A stretch of 64,000 nt of DNA from Acidobacteriota bacterium (GTDB taxonomy: Bacteria; Acidobacteriota; Thermoanaerobaculia; Multivoradales; J023): assembly GCA_029263395.1 (NCBI GenBank), contig JAJCXO010000036.1:1638-65637 (forward strand), read 5' to 3'. The notes under the pieces were generated by a model. That model worked only from the letters and a program-made list of their open reading frames with translations. It did no database searches and was not told the origin of the DNA. The number at the start of each line of letters is the position of its first letter. The stretch's first letter is position 1. The translations under genes were made by a program, and so were the position numbers. Positions 18,701-28,800 of the stretch are shown here, piece by piece.

Positions 18701-21700
18701 CAATGGTGAGGTCTACGATCACCTCGCCGGCACCTGGGGCCGGACGAGTCTCTTGGGCAGTGAACGATACCTACACACCGCGACCCTGCTGCCGTCGGGA
18801 GACGTCCTCGTCGCCGGAGGCCTGGAAGATACCACTCCGACCACCGAACTCTATCGCCCGGAACCGGGAGTCTGGAGCGATACCGGATTCCTCTCCGCCC
18901 CCCGCAGAGAACACACCGCCACCTTGCTCACCTCCGGCGAGGTGCTGGTCGCTGGCGGCCATCAGAGTGGCTTCGGCCGGTTGTCGAGCGTCGAGCTCTA
19001 TAACGCAGACAGCGGAGCCTGGATGACCACTCGGTCCCTCGACGAAGCCCGATCGGAGCACGCCGCGGCAGCTCTCAGGTCGGGCAAAATCCTGGTGGTC
19101 GGAGGGATCGGCGACGGCGAAGTACTGAGGAGCGCCGAGGTCTACGATCCGATCGATCGGATCTGGAGCGACGCCGGCTCACTCCAGACTCCCAGGTACC
19201 AGCACACCGCTACCCTGCTGCCGTCCTCGGGGAAGATCCTGGTCACCGGCGGCGACGACGGAGTGCCGAGTTACCTGTCCAGTTGCGAGCTTTATGACCC
19301 GGCCAGGATCTCCTGGGACCCTACCGGTGGCATGAATACGGGCAGACAGCGGCACGCCGCAACGCTCCTGCCTTCGGGCAAGGTGCTGGTTGTCGGCGGT
19401 TTCGACTCAGGCTCCAGTCTGGCGAGTGCCGAGATCTACGATCCCGATGACGGGACCTGGGAACCGACGGCCTTCTTGACCCATCTCAGGGCGTGGCCAA
19501 CCGCAACGCTCCTGCCCTCGGGCAACGTGCTGGTGACCGGGGGATTCGATGGCGACAACGCCCTGGCGAGCGCCGAGATCTACGATCCCGATGCCGAGAC
19601 CTGGGCGGATACTGGCTCGCTCTTGACGGCGCGCTTCCGGCACACTGCCACCTTGCTGCCGTCCGGCCATGTCTTGGTGACGGGTGGCGGGGAGGAGGCC
19701 GAGGTCTTCGACCCGGGCACGGGAACCTGGAAGGCTGCCGCTTCCCCGGCGATACCGCGAAGCGGGCACACCGCCACATTGCTGTCCACCGGCAAGGTGC
19801 TGGTCGCCGGGGAAGACCAGGCCGAGCTGTACAACCCGTCTCCCGGCACGGAGGTGCGCAGGCCGATCATCCAGTCGATTCCGACAGCGATCAGCCACGG
19901 CGTCCCGTTCTCGATCACCGGCCTGCTGTTCCGTGGCGACTCGGAGGCCGACGGCGGCACCAGCGCAAGCTCGGCCACCAACTATCCCCTAGTCCGGCTC
20001 CACCACGTCGACAGCGGCGATCTCGACTGGCTGCCTTTCGACCCACCCTCGCCTGCGTCGAGTTTTTGGGAAGATCCGATCGAGCTCCAGTTCAGTGAGC
20101 TGCCTCCAGAGTACGATCCAGGACGATATCTAGTGACCGTTTTCGCCAACGGCATTTCGTCCAAGGCACGGGCGGTAGAGCTCACCTGCAGCCTCGCGAT
20201 CTCCGAAGGGCCGACGGACGCGGAGGCAGTGCCGCTCGGTACTCCGGCGACCTTCTCCGTCGTGGCGCTGGGCGCCCGTGCCATGCAGTGGCAGAAGTTC
20301 TTGGGGATCGGCGCGCCCGGCGCCAACGAAGAGGGTTACGCCGACATCGACGGCGCCGTTGGGTCGACGTATACCACCCCTCCGGTCACAGCCGCCGACG
20401 CTGGCGCGCAGTATCGCGTCGTCGCCGACAGCCGCTGCCTCGATCTGCAGGGCCAGGAGGTCATCCAGTCCTCCGACGCCGCGACACTCCATGTCTTCGA
20501 CGAGACTCCGCCCGTCGCCACCGTCGTGTCGCCCAACGGCGGCGAGTACCTGCCGCTGTCCGACCCCGCGATCTCCGAGCCCAACCGGGAAGTCGTCACC
20601 TGGGAGATGAGCGACAACGTCCGCGTCTGCCAGGTCCGCGTCAGCCTGTTGTTTTCTGATGACGGCGGCGCCAACTACCACCCCGCTCCTGAAGGCGGCG
20701 GCTTGCCTGCCAACTCCGGCTCCGGAGGGGCGTGTGCGCACCCTGGAGAGCTCGACACCAACGTCATCTACGAGTTGCCCGCCGAGCCTCCCTCGGGCAC
20801 GGCGGGCTCGCTCTACCTGATCCAGGTGGAAGTGACCGACCAGGCCGGCAACACTACGATCGCCAAGAGTGGAAACCCATTCTTTATCGTGCAGCCCGGC
20901 TCGGACTTCAAGACCCTCATCGTCTCGAACCTGGTGAGGATGAGGGAGATCTGGGGATCGGAGACCGACGCTCTGGCCACTCACCTCCGGGACCTCGCCA
21001 ATCATCCCAATGTCCGTGGGTTCCTGGTCGATCTCAACGTCAACACCAGCCTGGCGACCCTTTACTCTCAATGGGACGACGATCCCGCCAATGCAGACCT
21101 CGCCAACCGAATTCTCTTCGGCTGTCATGACCCCTTCCCGGCCGACTGTGACACCGACATAGACGGCATCCACGACCGCCTTCGAAGCCTGCTGCGAATC
21201 TACGACAGCGTCGAGTCCATCGTGCTCGTCGGCGACGATCGCATCATCCCCATGACTCGGATTGCCGATCGCACCACCCTTATCTCCGAGCAAGACTACC
21301 CGCGGAACGGTGACCTTACGCCCGACGGCACCACGGTCGGCCAGGCGCTGGCCGCCAACATGTACCTGAGCGACGACCCGCTTACCGTCCTCGACCCGAT
21401 TCACACCGATGAGCTCGACTCGAGCATCTTCATACCTGATCTTGCGATCGGGCGTCTGGTCGAGACCCCACCGGAGATCATTGGCACCATCGCGACCTAC
21501 ATCAGTCAGAACGGCGTTCTCGATCTCTCCGAACTCAACGCCGACTCGGGGCACAAGGTGCAGGTCAGCGGCTACGACTTTCTCCAAGACTGCGCGAAGA
21601 GGATTCGGCAGCGATGGAAGACAGCCTTCGAACGCTTGACGGCGCCCGAGTCCTTGGCGCCTGTCGACGGCACGCTCATCAGCCAGAGCTGGGACGACCA

Positions 21701-24700
21701 GGATCTGCTCGAGCATCTCTGCGGCAACGGCGATGCGCCCTACGGCCTGTTGAGCCTCAACGGCCACGCTGTCCACTACGCTGAAGGCATCCCAGGCAGC
21801 GATCCTTTTGATATCCGTGGCCTCGACGCCGCCGACCTCGTCGATCCCGCCGCATGTGGCGGCGGCCCCCTCGACCTCTCCGGCAGCGTGCTCTACTCCA
21901 TCGGCTGTCACAGCGGCCTGCCGGTTGCAGGCAGCGACCCAGCGGATGCCGACCACTCTCTCGACCTGCCTCAGACCTTCCTATCGTTGGGCGCTGTCGC
22001 CTACGCCGCCAACTCCGGTTACGGCTGGGGACTCAAAAGCGGCGTCGGCTACAGCGAGCGGCTGGTCGAGCTCTTTACCGAGGCAATGAGCCAGGGGGGC
22101 ACGATCGGCGTCGGTGAGGCGGTGAAGCTCGCCAAGCAACGCTACTTCCTGGAGTCGCCGCGCTTCGATCCCTACGACGAAAAGACCCTGATGCAGTGGA
22201 CCCTCTTCGGCTTGCCGATGTATGCCGTCAACACCGGCATCCCGAGCGGCGGCGAAGGCGAGTCCTCTCTCGACGATAGGCCGAGGCGGTTGGAAGAGCT
22301 GCCCGAGACCGAGAGCTTTGACAGCCTCGAGGTCACGCGTGACCTCGACGTGGCGACGGCCAAAATCGGACTCGAGACACCGCCTCCGGAATATCTCCTT
22401 CGCCTACCCCAACGATTCGACCTCAATGCCGAAGGCTTCTATACGAAGTATGACGCTGGCGGCGAAGTCATCGACAATCCGGCCGACGGCTGTCCCAACC
22501 CGGACGGGTGCTACTACACCTTCAATGGCCTAGCCACCGGCAAGACCGACCTGCCGATCCAGCCCTTCTTTATCTACGACTCGCGGATTTCCGCTACCAG
22601 CCAGCACGGCATTCTGTGGATGGGCGGGGAGTACGACGAGGAAGTCGACTGGGTGCCGATCGTCGCCGAGCTGATGTCGAATGGCGGTGACGCCTCGGAA
22701 TTCGGCGCCACTCCCCGCTTGTACCACAGCGTACCCACCGGTCTGCACCTCGTTCCTGGCGAAAATCCGGCGGTCTGCCGGTCGAGCGACCGCGAGTTGA
22801 ACTCCATGGTGGTGACCCTCGGAGAGGTGCTCAAGCATCAGCTATCGGACCCGGTCTACAACATCCAGCGACTCTATCGCGCCGTCGATGTCGAGTTGCT
22901 CTACTACAACAACACCGTGGACAGCACCTTGAACTGCGACCGAGAAGGTCCACTCATGGAGCCAGGTCCCCTGGGTGGCCAGTACCACCAGGTCGTCGCG
23001 ACAACCGTCGAATGGGCGGTACCGATCCTCCCAGAGGAAGAGGCGTGGCGGGTCATCGTGGCCTACAACGACCACACGCTCGACAGCGAGGGCCGAGGGC
23101 GCTGGCTGCCGATCGAGCTCGCCGATGAAGGTGGCACGTGGCGAGGCAGCATCGACGCGGCAGGAGCGTCGCGGCTCACCTACATGGTGCAGGCAGTGGA
23201 CCGCCGCGGCAACGTCAGCTGGCTCAAGTTCACCGCCGCTGAACTGCCGGCCAGCGGCGTCCCGCTGGGGTTGCCAGATCCGATCGACGTCGACATCTCG
23301 TTGGGAACGGCCGACCTGGCCATCGCGGTCAACGACGCACCGGATCCGGTTCAGGCCGGGAACCCCTTGATCTACACCGTCACGGTCCAGAACCTGGGCC
23401 CCGATCCGGCCTCTCAGGTGACGGTCACCGACTCGCTTCCCGAAGGGGCGAGTCTGGTGTCGGCTAGTGACGAAACCTGGGAGTGCACTGGCAACGCCAC
23501 AACTGTGACCTGCGACCTGGGCTTCCTCGACGCAGGGGCGAGCGCACCGCCGCTCAACGTGGTGCTGGCCGCCCCATCGGCGAGGGGAACCCTCGCCAAC
23601 GCCGTCTCGGTCGAGGCTCTGCAGATTGACCCCGATCCGGCGAATAACGGGGCGAGCGAAACTACCGAGGTCATCGATCTCGCCGATCTGTCCTTGACCA
23701 AGGACGACGGACGGACGATCGCGGTCCCCGGAGAGGCGATCAGCTACCTGATCACGGTCGCCAACGTCGGGCCGGGCACGGTGACCGACCTCTCGGTGAC
23801 CGACGACCTCCCAGCAGCGATCCTCGAACCCGTCTTCACGCCCAGTTCCGGCAACTATGACAGCGACACCGGCACCTGGACCGGCCTCGAGCTGGGACCC
23901 GGGCAAAACGTCACCCTCACCCTCGACGGGACCGTCGATCCACAGGCGAGCGGAACACTGGTCAATACCGCCTCGGTCACTCCAAGGTCCGGCGTGATCG
24001 ATCTGTACCCCGATAACAACGCCGATGCGGACACCGACGTCCTGGAGACCCCGCCGTCGATCGAGGTGACGCTGACCGCGGATCCGCCGACCGTCGAGGA
24101 ACCGGGCGAGTCCGTGACCTACACAGTGGTCGTGGCCAACAACAGCTCCCCGACTGATCCTCTGACCCTCCTGTTTTTGTTCGACGATGTCGGCGATCTC
24201 GACGGCGTGGGCGACTGCCTGATACCGCCGCCCCTGGACGCCGGGAACATCTACACTTGCAGCTACAACCGCGAGGTCGCGGGCGATGCTGGCGATACGG
24301 TCACCACCAACGTCACCGTCGAAGCGGAAGACGACGAGGGCGATGCCACCACCGCCAGCGACTCGGCGACGGTCTCCGTCGTCGGAACGGACTACGGCGA
24401 CGCTCCGGACCCTGGCTACCCGACACTGATGGCCAGTGATGGGGCCCGCCACACGATTCGCCCCGGCTTCTATCTCGGTAACGGGGTCGACGCCGACTCT
24501 GACGGTCAGCCAGCCGTCGACGCCGAGGGCGACGACCTGGCCCGTGGCGACGACGAAGACGGTGTCCTTCTCACCCTCCCGCTGGTGGCGGACGATAGGG
24601 TTACGATTACGGTCGTCGCGTCGATGGCCGGAGTACTCGATGCCTGGATCGACTTCAACGGCGACGGCGACTGGAGCGATGCCGGCGAGAGAATCCTCGA

Positions 24701-25811
24701 CGGCTTGGCGTTGATCTCCGGCAGCAACGACGTGCCGTTCGACGTCTCGACCGACGCGACGGACGATGTCGTCAGTTTCGCCCGCTTCCGTCTGAGCAGC
24801 ACCGGGATCACCGGCCCAACCGGCCCCGCCAGCGACGGCGAAGTCGAGGACTATCGTGTCGAGATCATCGCGCCGCCGGTCGTGGAGCGCTTCCACTCGG
24901 TCGCGAGCACCGGCGGTGGCGGGCTCGACCCTGGCGAGCAAACAATCGCTGCGATCACTCAGCTTTCTGTGACCTTCAGCGAACCGGTCGTTGGCGGCGA
25001 CGTCGCCGCTAACTACCTGCTGGTCGCCACCGGGGCCGACGGCGACTTCCAGACCGACACCTGTGCCGGCAGCCTGCAGGGCGACGACCAGGCAGTGGCT
25101 ATCGACGGGGTCGACTACGACACCGACACCGACACCGCCCACCTGTGGCTCCACGGCGGCCAGCCCTTGCCCCGAGGAGCCTACCGGATCTTCGCGTGCG
25201 GCGGCATCGAAGACCTGGAGGGTAACTCCCTGCCGGAAATCGGACACGACTTCAGGATCCTGGTGGACCACCTGCTGCTCAACCCGAACTTCGATCAGGA
25301 CCTCGTGGGGTGGTTGCTGAACAGCCCGCCCCCAACGTCGACCGTCCACAGCGCGCAGGACTTCGACCAAGCCACGACGTCCGGATCGGCCCTGGTCATC
25401 GACCTCAGCGGTCCCGAGCCGGCCGCGCTGTCGCAGTGTCTGGCGGGCAACGCCGGCGCCATCTTGACCTTCGGCGGCGCGGCGCGGATCGCCAGTCCGA
25501 GCGCTCAGGAGCCGGCCGTCGGCGCCTTGCTCGAGGCCTTTGCCTCGCCCGACTGCACCGGCGAACCGCTTGCCGGGGCCTCGTCGGTACCCCTCGCCGG
25601 CGACGGCGGCGACCTTTGGCAGGTCTTGCCGGCGGGCGCGCTCCAAGTACCGGATGCGGCTGGATCGGTCTTGATCTCGTTCGTGGTCCAGGCGGGGACA
25701 GCAGCCGGATTCGACGTCGGATTCGACGACCTTCTCCTCTTCGAGCAGCAGATTTTCGCTGACAGCTTCGAGTCCGGCGACACCTCGGAGTGGTCCGCGA
25801 CCGTCCCGTAA
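15777..25811 (+). CDS. giant secreted multidomain protein (3344 aa): LVIVD repeats, 3 x ~103-aa acidic repeats, 14 Kelch repeats, caspase-fold C25-like peptidase, DUF11 repeats and a GEVED domain
   Basis: Signal peptide ILALSAIVLSSAWATPSHG. Seven units of YAYV..LEI(I/V)D(I/V)S(N/D)P (LVIVD type) follow. Fourteen HTATLLPSGKVLV(A/T)GG Kelch units are present. The peptidase region has LNGHAVHY and YSIGCHSG. The DUF11 signature is PDPVQAGNPLIYTVTVQNLGPDPASQVTVTDSLP. The GEVED signature is DGEVEDYRVEI. Confidence 0.85.
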   Translation: MQVIHRQYSVRKSEFQARCFAARKILALSAIVLSSAWATPSHGGCTSENIGHAGSLLDGAGGALLFTAQDVFVSGNFAYVASRYASALEIIDISNPATPVHAGVIQHGDGGAQLRDPAGVFVSDGYAYVTSSDYSTFEVVDVSDPTAPSHVAALTDGQGGASLGGAESVYVSDGFAYVTAFQDGVLEIIDVSNPLAPAHVASSPVDTPWSVVVDGDYAYVVSRHENKMVVIDVSNPHVPVLAGSIADDEGGAVFDSPSAVRVRGQYAYVAGENDFEIVDISDPTNPTHLGWTSTGGNRREAGLFIAGGYAFIAASETDSLEIVNIFDPAAPQKVASLTHGAAGAMLEGAFAVFVDGDYAFVAARNSDALEVVDVFDFAVDCPPELEIDEPDGFGDLADQSFDIEWTDSDDENASITFFYDTDRSGENGIRIPGVFDEDDTADQFTWDTSEVPDGSYYVYGRIDDGAQVVVDYSFGPVTVSHPDTPPTITILEPDGVDDLADLNYTITWNDDDPEDNASITLFYDDDNTGANGTQITTGLIDENDPADTFVWDTAMVPAGTYYIYGRIDDGAQVVVDYSSGPVTISHANSSPTITLLEPDGIGDVADAVYTITWEDEDPDDNAAVRLFYDDDASGENGTLITVSGPIDEDDGSDQFIWNTAGIPAGQYYLYAEIDDGTNAPVTNYSSASVTIEHLAPSDWQPARLLRTPRKNHTSTLLLSGKVLVTGGEFGGFLSGTEIYDPQDGSWTFSGAMGYAREEHTATILPTGEVLIVGGWGGAGSWPETGRSAELFDPDTGIWKSAGFLTNPRQGHTATLLHSGKILVAGGLGDDPSTVELYDPETGDWETTGSLSSARYQHTATLLPDGQVLVAGGRGGGLHFASAEIYDPQTRTWTGTGSLGSPRARHTATLLPTGQVLAAGGNLGNARLAGAELFDPVTGSWTPTGSLNYSRIAHTATQLPSGDVLVTGGRYEPSSFNGEVYDHLAGTWGRTSLLGSERYLHTATLLPSGDVLVAGGLEDTTPTTELYRPEPGVWSDTGFLSAPRREHTATLLTSGEVLVAGGHQSGFGRLSSVELYNADSGAWMTTRSLDEARSEHAAAALRSGKILVVGGIGDGEVLRSAEVYDPIDRIWSDAGSLQTPRYQHTATLLPSSGKILVTGGDDGVPSYLSSCELYDPARISWDPTGGMNTGRQRHAATLLPSGKVLVVGGFDSGSSLASAEIYDPDDGTWEPTAFLTHLRAWPTATLLPSGNVLVTGGFDGDNALASAEIYDPDAETWADTGSLLTARFRHTATLLPSGHVLVTGGGEEAEVFDPGTGTWKAAASPAIPRSGHTATLLSTGKVLVAGEDQAELYNPSPGTEVRRPIIQSIPTAISHGVPFSITGLLFRGDSEADGGTSASSATNYPLVRLHHVDSGDLDWLPFDPPSPASSFWEDPIELQFSELPPEYDPGRYLVTVFANGISSKARAVELTCSLAISEGPTDAEAVPLGTPATFSVVALGARAMQWQKFLGIGAPGANEEGYADIDGAVGSTYTTPPVTAADAGAQYRVVADSRCLDLQGQEVIQSSDAATLHVFDETPPVATVVSPNGGEYLPLSDPAISEPNREVVTWEMSDNVRVCQVRVSLLFSDDGGANYHPAPEGGGLPANSGSGGACAHPGELDTNVIYELPAEPPSGTAGSLYLIQVEVTDQAGNTTIAKSGNPFFIVQPGSDFKTLIVSNLVRMREIWGSETDALATHLRDLANHPNVRGFLVDLNVNTSLATLYSQWDDDPANADLANRILFGCHDPFPADCDTDIDGIHDRLRSLLRIYDSVESIVLVGDDRIIPMTRIADRTTLISEQDYPRNGDLTPDGTTVGQALAANMYLSDDPLTVLDPIHTDELDSSIFIPDLAIGRLVETPPEIIGTIATYISQNGVLDLSELNADSGHKVQVSGYDFLQDCAKRIRQRWKTAFERLTAPESLAPVDGTLISQSWDDQDLLEHLCGNGDAPYGLLSLNGHAVHYAEGIPGSDPFDIRGLDAADLVDPAACGGGPLDLSGSVLYSIGCHSGLPVAGSDPADADHSLDLPQTFLSLGAVAYAANSGYGWGLKSGVGYSERLVELFTEAMSQGGTIGVGEAVKLAKQRYFLESPRFDPYDEKTLMQWTLFGLPMYAVNTGIPSGGEGESSLDDRPRRLEELPETESFDSLEVTRDLDVATAKIGLETPPPEYLLRLPQRFDLNAEGFYTKYDAGGEVIDNPADGCPNPDGCYYTFNGLATGKTDLPIQPFFIYDSRISATSQHGILWMGGEYDEEVDWVPIVAELMSNGGDASEFGATPRLYHSVPTGLHLVPGENPAVCRSSDRELNSMVVTLGEVLKHQLSDPVYNIQRLYRAVDVELLYYNNTVDSTLNCDREGPLMEPGPLGGQYHQVVATTVEWAVPILPEEEAWRVIVAYNDHTLDSEGRGRWLPIELADEGGTWRGSIDAAGASRLTYMVQAVDRRGNVSWLKFTAAELPASGVPLGLPDPIDVDISLGTADLAIAVNDAPDPVQAGNPLIYTVTVQNLGPDPASQVTVTDSLPEGASLVSASDETWECTGNATTVTCDLGFLDAGASAPPLNVVLAAPSARGTLANAVSVEALQIDPDPANNGASETTEVIDLADLSLTKDDGRTIAVPGEAISYLITVANVGPGTVTDLSVTDDLPAAILEPVFTPSSGNYDSDTGTWTGLELGPGQNVTLTLDGTVDPQASGTLVNTASVTPRSGVIDLYPDNNADADTDVLETPPSIEVTLTADPPTVEEPGESVTYTVVVANNSSPTDPLTLLFLFDDVGDLDGVGDCLIPPPLDAGNIYTCSYNREVAGDAGDTVTTNVTVEAEDDEGDATTASDSATVSVVGTDYGDAPDPGYPTLMASDGARHTIRPGFYLGNGVDADSDGQPAVDAEGDDLARGDDEDGVLLTLPLVADDRVTITVVASMAGVLDAWIDFNGDGDWSDAGERILDGLALISGSNDVPFDVSTDATDDVVSFARFRLSSTGITGPTGPASDGEVEDYRVEIIAPPVVERFHSVASTGGGGLDPGEQTIAAITQLSVTFSEPVVGGDVAANYLLVATGADGDFQTDTCAGSLQGDDQAVAIDGVDYDTDTDTAHLWLHGGQPLPRGAYRIFACGGIEDLEGNSLPEIGHDFRILVDHLLLNPNFDQDLVGWLLNSPPPTSTVHSAQDFDQATTSGSALVIDLSGPEPAALSQCLAGNAGAILTFGGAARIASPSAQEPAVGALLEAFASPDCTGEPLAGASSVPLAGDGGDLWQVLPAGALQVPDAAGSVLISFVVQAGTAAGFDVGFDDLLLFEQQIFADSFESGDTSEWSATVP
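17880..19830 (+). repeat. coding array of 14 Kelch-type repeats (~48 aa each)
   Basis: I counted 14 occurrences of the (H/P)T(A/S)T(L/I/Q)L...G.VLV.GG blade signature. Confidence 0.8.
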
Positions 25812-25818
25812 ACGGATT

Positions 25819-25844
25819 CGTTGGCGCGCTTCGGCGCGCCAACG
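25819..25844. terminator. bidirectional hairpin between convergent genes
   Basis: CGTTGGCGCGC-TTCG-GCGCGCCAACG forms a perfect 11-bp stem with a UUCG loop. It lies between the stops at 25811 (+) and 25852 (-). Confidence 0.6.
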
Positions 25845-25851
25845 CGCAGAC

Positions 25852-28800
25852 TCAGCCGCCGTCAGGTCCGCCGACCGCCGCCGCGCGGTCGGCGATCTGA
25901 ATGTACCCGTGGCCACGGGCTTCACTCTCCACGCCCGCGAGACGCGCCATCGAGGAAGCCCGGCGGCCGACCCGCATCTCGATCTCCCCTGCCGCGAGCC
26001 GAGCCTCGAAGTGTTCCTCGAGGTAGCCTGCTTCCCCGGCATCCGCAGCGATCTGCTCGAGATTCGCGACCGCCGCGGCAGAACCCCTTCCTGAAGCGGC
26101 CCACACATTCGCTGCCGCGATGCCCACAACCAGCTGACTCCGCCGATCTGCGCTCTTCTCGGTGAGCGCCTCTGCACGAGCCAAGGCCCGCGCTGCTTCC
26201 TCGGTACGTTCGGAGTCCACGAGCGCACGTACCAGAACCGCCCCCGCCATCACGGCAGCATCATTCCATTGTTGCGTCCGCAGCACTTCTTCAGCTTCCC
26301 GAGCCAGGTCCACGGCTGATTTCGGCTTCCCCATCAACAGATCGAGCACTGCCAGCTCCAGCTGCGTCTGAGCCGCTGCCGCAGGCTCGTCCTTCTGCAT
26401 GGCGAGCGCTTCTTCGAACTTCCGGCGCGCAGCTATGAGATCGCCCTGCGCAGCGAAGATCTTGCCCAGGCGACACGTGTCATATGCGATGCCAGCCCGG
26501 TCGCCAATCTCGCGATTGATCGCCAGGGCATCCTCGTGCATTCGTCGCGCCTCCTCGAGCTCGCCACGCGCATAGAGGATCTCGGCGATGTTGGTCGTGG
26601 CGATAGCCGCACCCCTCTTGTCGCTCAGCCCGTCAAAGAGAGACAAAGCCTCTTCGTACCTCAGGATCGCATCATCAAGCTCGCCCTGGGCGCTGAGGGT
26701 GTAGCCCATTGCGATGAGGACGCGCCCTTCTTCGGACCGATCGCCGATCTCACGCAACGTCGCTAGGGACTGCTCGAAGACCTCGAATGCCTCCTCAAGC
26801 CGCCCCTCGTCCGCGTGGATCGCTGCCAGCGTTGCCGAAACACTCGCTTCCCGACCTCGGGTGCCCAGTTCCTGGTAAACCGCCAGGGCATTCTCGAGAT
26901 GTCTCCGAGCCTCTGCCAGTTGACCCCGGTTCCGCACGGCAATCGCCATCGCCTCGAGGGTCTTGGCGTAACCCAGCCGGTCTCCGGCGTCGGAAAAGAT
27001 CCGCCTCGCCTCCTGCAGAGCATCGAGCGCCCGGTCGTTGTTTCCTAACCCCAGCTCGGCTCCCGCCATCTCGAGGCGGCCTCTCGCCTCCACCAGGGGT
27101 AGCTGGACCACTTTGGCCCTCTCCACTGCTGCTAACGCAGCGGACTGCGCCTGCTCGAACTTCCCCAGTCTCTTCAAAGCGACCGACCGGGCGATATCGA
27201 TGCGCGGATCGAGGCGCCAGGGCTCCGGAAGTCGTCGCAGCTGCTCGAGCGTGACCAATGCGCCAGTGGGCTCTCCGGCCTTGATCTGAGCCTCCCCCAG
27301 CCTAAAACCGAGGTCGATATCGTCCGGAAAAGCAGCGAACAGGTCACCGTAGATCCGTGCCGCCTCGTCCCATTCCGTAGCGGTGGCGAAGAAGCGTGCT
27401 TCGATCCGCTGGCGTACCGTGCCCGAGAGACCGCCGGCAAGCTCTCTCGCCTTGCCGGCGACCTGCCGTGCCTCGTCGTCGTACCCCAGGACTAACCAGG
27501 CCTCAGCCAACGCCGCATGGGCCAAGGGGAATTCGGGCTCTTCCGAGGTTGCCGCCTGCAGCAAGTCGCGCGCCGCCAGGGCATCAAACTCGCGGAGCTT
27601 TGCCAAACCCTCCGCATAGTTCCTCAATGCATTCGGTGCGACTGGTAGGGAGGCTTCGACAGCCAGCGCCTGCGCAGGCTTCAGGGGCCCCGCCCCTAAC
27701 TCCTTGCGAAGCCCCGCCGCGGCCCGATCGATGAGGGCGAAGAGCCGTTGTGGAGTGCCCGTGGCCCTACCGGTCGCCACCGTCTCTCCGCTGGTCGCGC
27801 TCTTCAAGAGCAGGTCGAGCTGCAGCAGCGAGGCGGCCTGCCCCCCCAGGTCGCTGAAGGTTCCCTCAACCACAAAATCGACGCCTAGGTTCCGGCCCAG
27901 CCGCACGAAGTCCTCAGCGGTCATCCCTGCTGGATCGCCCACTCCGAGCTCCAGACCGGCATGCGCCGAGTCACCGTTGCCGACCACCCGGATCTGATCC
28001 CCGGCCGCGAGCTCAGTGACCAGCATCTCGGCCATCGCGACGGCGAGCCAGGCATCGTTCGGCACCTTGGAGACGGCCTCGAGACCAAAAACTGCGACCG
28101 ACGGCCGCATCACCGGAGGGCGCAGCACTTCGGCCGTGGCCGAAGCTGGGGACTTCTGGTCGGTCCCGACCGGGCCGAAGCGCCAAAAAGCCGTCGCCGC
28201 CAAGACCGCCAGCGCCACGGTCAGAGCCACCAAGACATACTGCCGGCGGTTCGGCGCCACTCTGGATGGCGGATCGAGACGAGGTCGAACCGGGCTTCGA
28301 ACGGTGGAATCCTCAATGGACAGACGACTGAGCTCCGCGGCGACCTCGGCGGCGCTCTGCGGCCGATTCTTCGGATCCTTCTGCAGCAGTCGGACGACGA
28401 GATCAGAGAGTTCCAGCGAGATCCGGGGATCGACTTCCGCCACCGGCGCCGGATGGTACATACATACTTTGGTCAGGATCGCGACGCCGCTATCTGCTGC
28501 GAACGGCATCTCGCCGGTCAGCGCCTGATACAAAACAGCTCCGAACGCGAACAGATCGGAACGGTGGTCAACCTTCTCACCCTGCGCCTGCTCCGGTGAC
28601 ATCGTATGCGGCGTACCGACGATCATCCCGCTGGTTGTCAGCGGCGCCTCGAGCGTGTCTGCTTGCTTGGCGAGACCGAAGTCCAGGATCTTCGCTTGCC
28701 CCTGGTCCGACATCATCACGTTCCCGGGTTTGAGGTCCCGGTGAACAATACCTTTGGCGTGGGCGGCCGCGAGTCCCTCCGCGACCTCTCGAAAGAACGC

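Noticed and set aside
20130-26228. Very long antisense ORFs (20130..21956, 608 aa, and 22842..26228, 1128 aa) inside the giant gene
   Set aside because: Their translations are Arg/Gly/Val/Asp-rich and low in complexity, with no recognisable motifs. The plus-strand frame carries coherent Kelch, peptidase, DUF11 and GEVED domains. Long mirror ORFs are expected in high-GC DNA.
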